A stretch of DNA of 64,000 nucleotides. Source: Octopus bimaculoides. Its lineage: Eukaryota. This document shows positions 52,301 through 64,000 of this stretch, in pieces. The notes below the pieces were generated by a model. That model did not search any database. It was not told the origin of the DNA and worked only from the letters and a program-made list of their open reading frames with translations. Each line of letters starts with the position of its first letter. Position 1 is the first letter of the stretch. Both the position numbers and the translations under genes were made by a program. The stretch is from assembly GCF_001194135.2 (NCBI RefSeq), contig NC_068986.1, positions 114,642,563 to 114,706,562 of the forward strand, read 5' to 3'.

Positions 52301-53332
52301 ATGACCATCATGTTTTTTTTTGTTTAGATACAACTTGGGTCTATGTTATTTACATGTCTAATTTTCTAAGATTGTAGAGTAAGATTTCAAGGAGATTATG
52401 ACAACTGCTTCAAGGGAAATCGAATGACTGCTTGGAGGCTCCCTTGATACCCTGAGTTAATGTAGTAAACATTAGAGATGTGGGGGGGGGGGCATTGAAT
52501 AGACGGTGGTGATGGTAGTGAGATATTGTGGTGGTGGTGACTTATAGTCTTATGATAATGATAGTGATGATGGTGTTTAGGTAGTGCAGTGAAATATTGT
52601 GATGATGATGATGATGATGATAATGGTGATGGTGGTAGTGATGATGATGATGATGGTAACAATTTCCTAATATCACTGTAGCTGAATCAATAAGGTATCC
52701 AATCAGACTTCCTTGTAGACAGGAAGAAGCTGGTTCAAGTTCACCTCACAGTAGGGGATTCATTTCAATGACTTAGCAGAAAGCATGGAAGATGGGGTGA
52801 ACAGGAGGTGCATGTGGTTTGGCGTAAGGGTTGGGGTTAGGCTGACATCATTATAGTCTCTCCCCACAAATATGTTTGTCTCTACTCTCCTCCCATCCCT
52901 AACTCTCTGGATACATACACATGCGTGTATTTATGCAGACATGATTAGTCAATAACATACATTACATCAATATGTGCAAGCGTATTTCTGTAGACATACA
53001 TTAACGCAGGTCTTTCTGTCTTCAAATTTACTTCCCATTCACACATACACACACTTACTCACTATTACCTGTTCTATATAGATGGAGAAAATTAATTTGA
53101 AGAGAAAGTCTCATTTCGTGCTTTAATTTAATATTCAAATGACATATCACATTAGCACAATTTCAATGATTTGCCTTTTACATATAAATATATGTTTTTC
53201 AAGTATGTCTTATGAACAAGTGTGCATGCACATCTATCTATTGATATAATAATAATAATAATAATAATAATGATAATAAAGTGACAACAAAAGAATGAGA
53301 CCTTAATATTAGGTAAATAAAGGATATTTATA

Positions 53333-53728
53333 TATATGTATAGCTTAGGACAATCAGTAAGTTGTCATAATAGTACTGAGTTTCAAATGCCGGAGCTAAA
53401 GAGCTACGATGCATTCTCATCAGCTATTAATAGCAATAGATGCATATATGTTTGTGTGTGTGTAGACATGTACATATACATGTTTGTGTGAGTGTGTACA
53501 TATGTAGACGTTATGAACGCAGGAGGTTTTATGTCTATGTGTTGTGAGAATATGGCTGCGTGTATTTTTTATCCTTTATATTTTTTCCTACCTTTTAGAG
53601 TAACTTCTCTTTTATAGCGTCTATTACCATTGATAGCCAATGAGAATGCATCGTAGCTCTTAGCTCCGGCATTTGAAATGCTGAGTACTATTATGACAAC
53701 TTACTGATTGTCCTAAACTATACATATA
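53333..53728. mobile_element. Long-TIR (~110 bp arms) non-autonomous element / inverted repeat
   Basis: 53333-53442 is the near-exact reverse complement of 53618-53728 (TAG(C/T)TTAGGACAATCAGTAAGTTGTCATAATAGTACT...). Termini are embedded in TA-rich sequence, so the TSD is ambiguous. Confidence 0.8.
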
Positions 53729-53736
53729 CACAACAT

Positions 53737-54014
53737 TCGAGCATGGTCGTTGCCAGTACCACCAGACTGGCTCCCATGCAGGTGGCACATAAAAAACACC
53801 TTTTGAGTGTGGTTGTTTCCAGAACCGCCTGACTGGCCTTCGTGCCAGCAGCACGTAAAAGCACCCACTACACTCTCAGAGTGGTTGGCGTTAGGAAGGG
53901 CATCCAGCTGTAGAAACTTTGCCAGATCAGATTGAGCCTGGTGCAGCCTCAGTCAAACTATCCAAGCCATGCCAGCATGGAAAGCAGATGTTAAACGACG
54001 ACGACGATGATGAT
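53737..54014 (+). mobile_element. RTE-type 3'-end repeat copy
   Basis: GGTTGGCGTTAGGAAGGGCATCCAGCTGTAGAAAC core and AAACGACGACGACGATGATGAT tail. Confidence 0.85.
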
Positions 54015-56959
54015 ATATATTTATCTGTTTATATATACAACACATAAGGTCCCAGATTTAATTTCACTGAATGTTGTCTTATGTTGATGTCATTTAACAT
54101 GTCTAGAGATCAACCCAAGCCTTGTGGGTAGGTGGTAACTGTTTGGAAGCCTCCTTTGATAGATTGCACCTGTAATTCAAAGGTCAGGCCTTGTTGTGCA
54201 CTGTCATACTGCTTCTGACTGAGGACTGCATTAAAGTTACTTGCCTGTAGAGTATTCATCCACTTGTGCACTAATGAGTAGATAGTGTATTTGATCGAAC
54301 AACTGAAAACTCATCAGCATGGAATGGAAATCTATTTTCTTTGTGTATGTGTGTGTGCGCATGTGATGTATTGTGAGTAAACATCTCATAATTTTAGAAT
54401 ATAACAGTAAAATTATTATTTAGGAGAGCATTTTGATAAATAAAATGCTAAATAAAGAAATTCACAAAATAAAACAAGTATTAATGATAGATATTCAAAG
54501 TAGACCAAACTATTGGTTCCAGTTGATCCGATCAATGGAACAGCCAGCTTGTGAAATTACCATGCAAGTAGCTGAGCACTCCACAGGCGTGCATACCCTT
54601 AATGTAGTTTTTGAAAGATTCAGCTTGACACGAAGTGGCAAAGCTGGCTCTTTGAAATACAGGTAGTTCTTGCTTTCGCCAGCTTAGTAGACTGGAGTGA
54701 TGTAAAACAAAGTGACTTGCTCAAGAACACAATGCTCTGCCAGGATTTGAACTCCTGGCCTTATGATCGTGAACTGATTACCCAAACTACTAAGCTGTGC
54801 CCCTTTCACAGAGACAGACATACAGAACTGGAAAAGGACAAAAATATCCCTCACCATTATCTGTTTTGCTTTAAAATTTTTGGATGATTAATTTTTAATT
54901 TTGGATGCAAATAGAAACTATTCAAATATATTCTTCTACTAAATGATACCAGGCACAAGTTTATTCTTTGTAATTTTCCTTAATGCATATAGAATATCTT
55001 ATGTAGTACGAGGAATTTTGAGGAAAGTCAATGAACCTACAAAACTAAAGGAAAATGCTAAAAACAGGGTATATGAATTTTTTACAATAAAATCTATGCT
55101 GATTTTTGTCAAGTTCACAGAAATAGATTACTTAAGCCAAAATATAATTAAGGCCTGCAACACCTGCTACAAAACTAATAATAATGATAATAAAATAAAT
55201 ATAAAGCTACAGAATTCCAAGTGTGGTGGGAATCGACAATGAATAAAGTTTACTTTGCATCAGTTGCTGATATAAAATATGCACAATTTCACGATTATTT
55301 ACGACTTTTACTAAAACCATCTCTTTTCAGTGTGTTTTTTTTCTTTCTTTTACCTCTTACGGTGTATGCATGTATGTGACATAAATTAATGTTTAGTGAG
55401 ACGTATCTTTAGTTTTAAATGAAACCTGTCTACTTTGATGGAAGATATCACTTTGTATGGAGCAGTAAATTCTAAAATGTATTAAAAATTAATATTTACT
55501 AAGTATTATGAAGCAAACACTTGATAAGTTATATAAGGTATTGGTTTTTGGGTTCTATTGACTTTTCGTAGTTTTAATTTCTTTTCTGTTATTCAGTCTC
55601 ATTATTGGAAATATCACTGCCGAGAACTCTTTTGTTTCATGATTTCAACAACATTTTTACTTTTTTTGAATTTATTTGCTATATACTGAATAACTTGGAA
55701 TTTTTATTTGACTTTTTTGAAGTTAAGAGTAATATATTAAATGGAATTCCTACATGCCATATATAGCCTCATCAAATTACACCAATCAACCAGCATTTTT
55801 ATAGATATCATCCCTCTCACATGACTATTAAAAAGTCTGTTCTTAGTCTCAAGCAATTTATATGAATTTATGTGGTGAGACTTGTTTAGAAAGAACGAAT
55901 TCAGTATATTTGGCAATAATTTACATGATGTTAATATATGGAAGTCTGCTTAATACTTTTTGTAATAAAAGCTTTTGAAATTATTGGTATATTACAAAAT
56001 GGTAACAGTCTATATTTCCAATAATGAAACACAAAAAGAAGGAAAGTTTGGGACTGCAGAAATTCAGTAGCTTTAATGAAAGTATACGATGTTAACAGAC
56101 TTAAAGCTTTATTGTAAATGAAAGTAATGTGTGTATGCAATAATAATAATATACTTTGATCTTTTGACAAAAGGCCAAGATGTGATGTGTGTTTGTATAC
56201 AATGATAAAAATATTAGTGCTGTTTCATTATGGTCATCATCAACAGCCATCTTCCATACTGAAACATGCACTAAAGGAAAATAAGATAATGTGGATTTAA
56301 TCACATGGCCCTGGGTGCACCTGCACACAATAGTTGAAGTGCTGTTTAACCCTGGGTTGGCTCTAGTTAAGTGACCTGTGGTGTGACTTAACCATCCTGC
56401 AGTTTCCTATCATCATCGTCATCGTTTAACATCTGCTTTCCATGGGTTGGATGATTTGACGGAGGACTGGTGAACCAGATGGCTGCACCAGGCTCCAATC
56501 TGATTTGGCAGAGTTTCTACAGCTGGATGCCCTTCCTAACGCCAACCACTCCGAGAGTGTAGTGTGTCATTCTTTTATTTATGATTTGAGTGAGATTTAA
56601 TTGCTATTGTAGATCAAATAACTGCATAGAAGCTCATTTTATTGGTTGGTTGCAGTTTAGGTAGTAGTGCTGTTAATATATCTGATAATTGGTAGTGGTA
56701 AGTTGGGATACAACCGGGATTGGGGTGGTAGTGTTGGTAGGAACTGTGGTAGTACAGGTGGTTGTAGTGTAGTGTAACTGGAAATAATGCTTGTATGTGT
56801 TGTAGTATAACAGTAAGAGCAAAATAAATTGGGAGAAATGAGTTGCTTGACAAGAAGTGGTGGAGATGGACTCAGGGACAGGGAGAAGGCAGAACAATGA
56901 TTCCAGCCCACTGAACACACACACACACACACACGACTTCCTTTATCACCACCTTCAGT

Positions 56960-57360
56960 ATTGTTGTGGGCCACCAGCAGCAGCACTATTGCCACCATTA
57001 CCTCCATCACCACCATCATCACCAGTACCAGCTTCATCAACATTACCATCACCACTGCTACTAACAGCACCATCATCATGACTGTCATCACTGCTACCAG
57101 CACTACCACCACCACCACCACCACCACCACCACCATCTTTCCCATCACCCAAGGAGGGGATCTGTGTATGGTCGGTAGGAAGGAACTAATAGCAATGAAG
57201 ATCAAGGAGATTGCTGCCTTTTCCCAGCACATTCCACTCTTGTTAATGTCTTATCTTCTCTTATTAAGATTGATTATGGTGGTGGTCATGATTGTGGAAA
57301 GGATGGTAGTGCGGGTGATGTGGTGATGGTGGCAATAGTAATAGAGATGAATGTGATAAT
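56960..57360. repeat. Degenerate (CAC/CAT)n then (GTG/ATG)n low-complexity tract
   Basis: Trinucleotide-like runs that generate spurious Thr/Val/Gly-rich ORFs. Similar tracts lie at ~23200-23420, 51580-51870 and 52500-52660. Confidence 0.8.
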
Positions 57361-60300
57361 GAGTTAACCTAGTTTTGCCCTCTTTTCGTCAATCTTCCCA
57401 ACTTTGTTATCCCTTACAAGAACCAATATTAAACTACCTTCAGGCAGCAAGTTTGTCAGAGCAGAATTGCTCCAGCACCAGACATGATGCCTGAGGGCAA
57501 TGAATTATCTCTCCCTCCACCACCTGTGTGTGTATGTATGCATGTGTATATCTTCCTTTTTTCCCCCTACAACCAATCTCTCTCTTTCTCTCTCTCTCCC
57601 TCCCCACCATCTACCTATTGTTTCCACTACAGATTCCAACATGGCCTTGTGCTTAAGAGGTTTGCTATCCAACCATACGGCTTCGGATTCAGCATTTTAG
57701 GCAAGTGTTCTCTATTATAGCCCCAAGTCAGACAAGGCCTTGCAAGTGGATTTGGTGGGCAAAACTTGAAAGAAGTTTCTGTGTGTCTTTATCTTGACAC
57801 TACATGATTATTGTAAAGAGTGTTACTTCAGTGTTATTTGTTTCCGACCCTTCATGAAAATATGTCTGTCCATGACGGAAAATTACCTTGTGTGAAAACA
57901 GATAAAGGTTAGCAACAGGAAGTACATCCAGCAGTAGAAAATGCACTCCAGTGAATTCTGTCTAACCCTTGTAAGCATGGAAAAGTGAATATTAAAATGG
58001 TGATGACGAGTACTTATACTAGGGACCAGTTTGATAAATAATTTGCCCATAACATCTTTGACCCAATAAGAATTAACTTTAGCAAGTCAAGACAAAACAC
58101 CCTGACCACCTTTTTATCACTTCCGTCTCCATTTAGAGTTTAAAACCATGCAATAGAATAACTAATGTTCACCTTTATTCTACCATCTCTAGAAAGAAAA
58201 AAAAACAATAATTTACTTCACATCTATGTTTCCATGTTCAATCCCAATGCATGGCAGTTTGTACAAATGGAAGCCTGTTGGATGGCCTACGCCTGTCTTT
58301 GGTTGATCAACTTAATCCATGATTTGGTTCTTGGATAACTTCAGCAGAGTTCACTTTTGTTGTTTGTATCAAGGTCGGCTTTCTTGTTGTGATGGTAATT
58401 TGCATCCCTGCTGCCAGTTTCAAATGCCCTATGGCATGTTTACTGCCCTTGTCATTTGACAAAGCCACAATATACATATAAGCATAATGTGTGCACACAC
58501 ATATGCATGTGTACATGTGCTTTTGTGTGTCTGTGAGTGTGTATAAGTGTGTTTGCATCTGTGTACTTGTATGTAAATATTTCTGCATCACACAAAATGC
58601 CTAAAGGCATTGTATAATCTTTCTCTCTTTCCCTCCCTCTATATTCATACTCCTTCTCTTTATTTACTCCCTCTCTACTTTTCTCTCTTTCCCCACCCCA
58701 CTTTCTCTACCTTCCTCCCCTTACAACAAATTCTAGTATTTTCCAGTTTAATTTTTTTTTATATGTCTTTTTGAAATTCTTAAAAAAATATACAAATTCT
58801 TAAAATATAGAAGTTACAAATATACAACTGTAAAGATATTTTGTCAGTTGGTGTGTTTGTGTGTGTGTGTGTGTGCACATAGACACATTAGAGTTTGGTT
58901 CTGTATATCTTTAAATACAGTGACTGTCTGAATGAGAAGAGTATCGATTGAAATGCCATGTGGTATTTAGTCATGTTTCTGTACGTCCTCAATTCATATC
59001 CCATCAAGGCTGACTTTTCATATTTAATCTTTCCAAGGATTATATACCATTCAAGTGTAGGATTTGATAAGATTGACCATCACCCTCCCTTAAAAATACA
59101 TGGCTTTATGCCAAGTCTAAAAATAATCCTTATCAAAATCATTATCGTTATAAAAGAAATCATTATTGCAACGGCAGTAGACTGGCAAAATTGGTAGAGC
59201 ACCCCATTGAAATGCCTTGTGGTATTTGCTTCATCACTTTACTTTCTGGATTCAAATCTCAAGTTCAACATTGTTTTCATCCCTCTTGGATCAATAAAAC
59301 AAAGTACCAGGTTAATACTGGGGTCAATGTAATCAACTAACATCCCCTTCCGCTGAAAATTGCTGGCCTTTATACCCTAAATTAGAAACAATCATTACTG
59401 CATAGGGTTTTGGGATCTTAACATTCTGATTTCAAATCACACCTAGGTCAACTTTGTCTTTCATTCATCTAGAGTCAATATGATAAAGTACCAGTGAAGT
59501 ACTAGAGTCCATCAAATAGACTGACCCTTCTAATATTGACAGGATCACTAGAGCATCAGACAAATAGCTAGAGGTGATTAGTTTCATACCTCAGTATCTG
59601 AGTTCAAATTACATCGCGGTCAATTTGCTGTTTCATCCTTCAAGTTTTAATGAAACGAAGTACCTGTTAATTATTTGTTTAAATGCTTTCTGAAAAATAT
59701 AAAACCATGTGACCATGTTAGAAATTATTAATGCATAAAATTCAGTAACTGAAACTGTTGAATATATTCTGCTTAAAGTTATGCGTGTTCAAATCCCAGC
59801 AGACCCTATCATTTAATGTGGATGCCCTCTCTCACTTTTATAACAAATCCACTTCTACAATAACTTAACCCATTCTCTCTTCTTTTGGCTTATTTTTGTT
59901 GCTAATGTTTTTGTTGTTGTAGTTTTAAACTATTTTTTTGTATTTGATTTTTATTTTTGATTTGTCATTTTAATTCATTTGTATTTTTTTATACGTTCTC
60001 AAACTGGAAAGATAAACTTGGAAAAATGAAATCATCCTGTATATATTATTTTACATATAGATTGTATAAATAGCATATTGTGTGTTATATATACATGTTT
60101 TACATATATATATTATGTAGCATACAATATGATGACTATATATTATGTAATATATAGTATGTATATATATTATATATCACATCACATAATATGTGTGTGC
60201 GTTTTATATGTACATATATTATACAATGCTATATATCATAAATATGTATATATTGTGTGTATGTTTATGTATGTGTGTGTGTGTGTGTATATATATGTGT

Positions 60301-61973
60301 GTGTGTGTGTATATATATATAGTTTGTGTGTGTGTGTAAATATAGAATCTCTGATTTTAATTTTTTGAAATTTCTTTTGCTGTTTGACATTTGCTTTTTA
60401 TTTTATATTGTAATATATCTACATCATTATATATACATAACCTTTTTATTCCATATTCATATCTATATCTATTAAGGAGTGTATATAGTATTTAGATGTT
60501 AGAAATCAACAAAGGAAAGATAAGAAATACAAACAAATTGAATTGATTAATCATAAACTGGTGAGTGTATAAAATAAGACACTGTTTACTAGTACTACTA
60601 CTGTTATTATTATTATTATTATTATTATTACCTGTACTAGTAGTAGTTGTAGCACTAGTGATAATTGTACTAGTTTAATATTTGAATGTTCTTAATAAAC
60701 TAGTTCAAGACTCTTATCGCAGCTTTATGTATTATCCTAGTTTGTGACAGTTTTGTACTAGAGTTGTTTTGGATGTTTGAAAGAGATTTAGCTGCTAATT
60801 CTAGTAGATTAAGCAGTCCAGTCACAAGGTCCCTCAAGGGCTTCTTTTGCGTACTTTCTTTAAAGCGTTGTGGGTTTTCTAGTCACACTTGTTTCTATTG
60901 GAAACACAGCTGGTCAGAGATTTCATGGTATCAAGCAGATGGGCTATATTACAATAGACATTTGAGTTACTAGTTATATTATACTCACTCTAATGGTAAT
61001 TATAGTACATATTATCTTCACTATGTGATAGTAAACTACAATACTAACCTTAGTACTGAGCAGAAAGTTCCACAACTTTTGCATAGTAGTTACAGAAATC
61101 TAGTTGTGGGAATTGAACCAATGACTGCGTGTGACTGTGACTTGACTACATAGCCATCTATACAGAATGAATCGTCTGGTAATTTATGCTATAAGAAAAA
61201 TATCCCATTCTCCATTGAGAATTGGCTATTCTTGGTCTAGGCAGGAGCATTGCTATTCAGCTAAGTAGTTTCAGGTTCAATCTCACCAAGCAACACCTTA
61301 TTCAAATGTCTCCTTCCATAGTCTCAGATTAAACCAAGTTTTATGAGTGAAATTTGGTGTACCAAAACCACGTAGAAATGTGCTGAAGGGGCCATTTTCA
61401 CTGGATACTGAGCTTAGCACCACTACCTGGTCCTTGGGTGTCTGCTCTCTTGTAAACATTGAGGCCAGGTGTCTGACATAAGAGTAACTTCCTACCACAA
61501 GTCTAGAAAACTCTGAAGTGGGGTCTTCTTGTAATATAAAAAGAAATAAATGTCTAGATCTGTTTCTTACTCATTGATCCCCTTTTCCCACAGATTCTGC
61601 CAAACCCCTAGTTTCATGGAAACAAGTTTTGAGAGGTTTTGTACATAAAAAATAAGAGTGGCACCAATCTTGCACTTACTCATTGCTGATTCTGAGAGAG
61701 GGAGAAAATTGGGCCCTGTATTTCACAGGTACTTTACCAATCCTTGAAAGATGTAAGTCAAAGTTGACTTACATAGGGTTTTAACCCAGAGCATAGAGTA
61801 TTAGAACAAAAACTACAAAGCATTTTCTTCGATGCTCTAATGACTTTGTCAAGCTTAAAACTGCAATGTCATCCTCATTGACTCTTGTTCAGCTTCACCA
61901 TTGTCAAACTGTTTATCTCTTCTAATAAAGTGTAATCAATCACTAAGACAATAAGCACTTGACACTCCATTAA

Positions 61974-62184
61974 CCCTTTAGCATTCAGATTGTTCTGTCC
62001 AATGTAATGCTTATTTGCATTGTTTTGAATCACCCATGCATTGTCTCATAACTTTTAGATTTCAATGTTAAGATTATTTATTTTTAGAACGACATTATAG
62101 GGTAGGTGTGAGAGGCTGAATATGGCCAGTCATAAAATTGACTGAATATTTTGGCTGGATATGGCTGGTTTAAATGCTAAAGGG
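61974..62184. mobile_element. piggyBac-type MITE (family 1)
   Basis: TTAA|CCCTTTAGCATT ... AATGCTAAAGGG|TTAG. Collinear with the 49139 copy. Confidence 0.85.
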
Positions 62185-62599
62185 TTAGAGCATGTAAATA
62201 CATAACTGGACCTTGTCATGAGTGGGTTGAGATTACAACTTTGGCTGAGCTTACTGACCGAGCTTCTTAAATAGAATTGGAGTAATTGCCTGATTGTTAT
62301 CACTTAAAAACAACAGGTGTATTTTGTGTTCCTAGCTTGAATGAATGGCCTTGAGGAAACAAAGGATGTATTGTTCTGTAACTGAAGCTTGGTAACAAGG
62401 GACATACTGTTCTAAGACCGTAGCTTGGAAATGAAATGCATTGTTGCAACATAGCTTTGAATGGGCTTCAATTCATATCTTTTTCTTACTAATGCAATAT
62501 TTCAATGCACCCATTGACACCATTGCACTTCTAAAGACCATTTCATGTGGTATAAGGTCAAAATCCATGGCACTTCTATATGCTTCAAATATAAGAATA

Positions 62600-62880
62600 T
62601 ATGATAAATGCAGTTTTGTTATGTGAATGTGAGACTGAACATATGCAAAACAAGCACTCAAGATGAATTGTATTTGAAATAAGATGCTTTTGCAGAATGT
62701 TTGGCATAACATAGAAGGATTACCAAGCCAATAAGTTAGAATTCAAGACTCAGTAAGACAACAAATACAGTGGGTTGGTCATGTCAGTAAAATGACTGGG
62801 TCACGTGCAAATACAACCATGTTCACTTCTTTGGAAGGCAAAAGTAGGTAACCAAAGAGAGGCTGGATGAATCACATGAC
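62600..62880 (+). mobile_element. Degraded RTE-clade LINE ORF2 C-terminal fragment
   Basis: Frameshifted motifs FEIRCFCRMFGIT*KD, RQQIQWVGHVSKM and LEGKSR*PKRGWMN correspond to RTE consensus FEMRCLRRILGISWKD, RRLRWxGHVxRM and GKRxRGRPKxRW. Confidence 0.7.
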
Positions 62881-63476
62881 ATAGGTCGGCATGAAAATAT
62901 CTGAATGTATAAAGTCCAAGACAGGTGTGGAAAACAAAGAGAAAAAATTCAGGTACCTCAGTGGCAGAAGTACTATGATGTCACCTGCATAAGTATGGAA
63001 CAGGGGGCGGGAATGGCTAAGTGCATAGGGTATTGGACTATTTTCATAGTGGAGTCATGTATTCAAATTTGCATTTCTGACAACAATGAATTTGACATTT
63101 CCTTGCACTGCTTAACATTCAATAACAAGAAATGCCAATTTAGTTTAGGAAAGTGACATTATCTGAAGAGATCAAACATCTTAGCCAGGTGTATATTTAT
63201 ATCTCATCTGCTTCACGTCATGAAATTAATCGCAGGGGTCCTTAACTTGTTGGAACTTAGAGGGGACCTTCATCTCTTCATTTATTGTTGCCTCCTGAAG
63301 GTCAGTCGTTACCTATTAGCTAATAATACTATGAAATTCAGAGCAAAGATGGTCTTCTTACACATATACACATGCAGACAAACAGGTAGCTAATTTTAGT
63401 GAGAGATCATTAGGTAAATAGAACAGCAGTTAGATATAAATAGATGCTGATAAGCTATTAGATAGACAAGCAGATA

Positions 63477-63548
<72 letters not shown>

Positions 63549-64000
63549 TTAATAAATAGGCAATAATAATGATAAAAATGATAACTATTGATCTTAGAAA
63601 TTGCGAGTTCCGAAATATTGACCTCTCCAAGGACATTTCTTTTCAGATAAAACCCCTTCCAAGCTGTCTGGGAGCTGAAAGGGTCACTTGACCATTATAT
63701 GTGACCAGAGTTTATTTCTACTGCTACTACTACTACTACTGCTGCCAAAACTACTGTTACTATTTGGCAATACATTCGCCAAATTTCCTCCTCCTCCTCT
63801 CCATAATTCTCTCTATCACCCCACGACCGCCACACTTTGGTAACAGTATCTCAGAGTAAACCCAAGATGCAGAGGTCCAGGTATGAACACACAGACACAC
63901 ACACTCACACATCTGTACATGTGCATGTTTATATATATATATATATATGAACACAGACATGTACATATACGAATCTTTCTATAACCCTACAAAAACACAT

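Noticed and set aside
56657-57326. 121-191 aa Val/Thr/Gly-rich ORFs on both strands
   Set aside because: Products of CAC/GTG trinucleotide low-complexity sequence. The same applies to 23047-23484.
57679-57690. GFGF codons as the next Musashi exon (RNP1)
   Set aside because: Lies inside a tRNA-like SINE head, has no acceptor, and continues SILGK rather than VTFE.
1-64000. CRISPR arrays, operons or prokaryotic defence systems
   Set aside because: The sequence is intron-rich metazoan DNA with no regularly spaced repeat-spacer array and no prokaryotic gene structure.

Overview
This is eukaryotic genomic DNA from a gapped draft assembly (six N-runs). It is AT-rich and dense in microsatellites, SINEs, LINE relics and MITEs. 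The repeat families look like those of octopod cephalopods (Octopus-like; inference, not database-verified). The window lies inside one large + strand gene, a Musashi-family (msi/Rbp6/MSI1-2) RNA-binding protein. Two canonical RRM2 exons are present: 38850-38942 ([31 protein letters not shown]) and 48208-48256 (VEDAMLMFDKTTNRHR-G). I found no RRM1 exon upstream and no next RRM2 exon (GFGFVTF...) downstream, so the gene probably extends past both edges. The most notable feature is a 918-nt exon-like unit (29435-30352) in the intron between RRM1 and RRM2. It has a strong acceptor, a 129-nt ATG-free leader with four in-frame stops, a 263-codon proline-rich ORF, and a phase-0 GTAAGT donor that joins in frame to the RRM2 exon. 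This predicts a Musashi isoform in which RRM1 is replaced by a long disordered Pro-rich N-terminus. It sits at the start of a ~7 kb CpG-retaining domain with promoter-like motifs. Other candidates are a textbook recursive-splice (AG|GTGAGT) site, a STAR/QKI-type ACUAAC cluster, a CTAGT cluster, a 5S rRNA pseudogene, a decayed hammerhead-like fold, and MITEs of several superfamilies with readable TIRs and TSDs. All calls were made by eye without tools.
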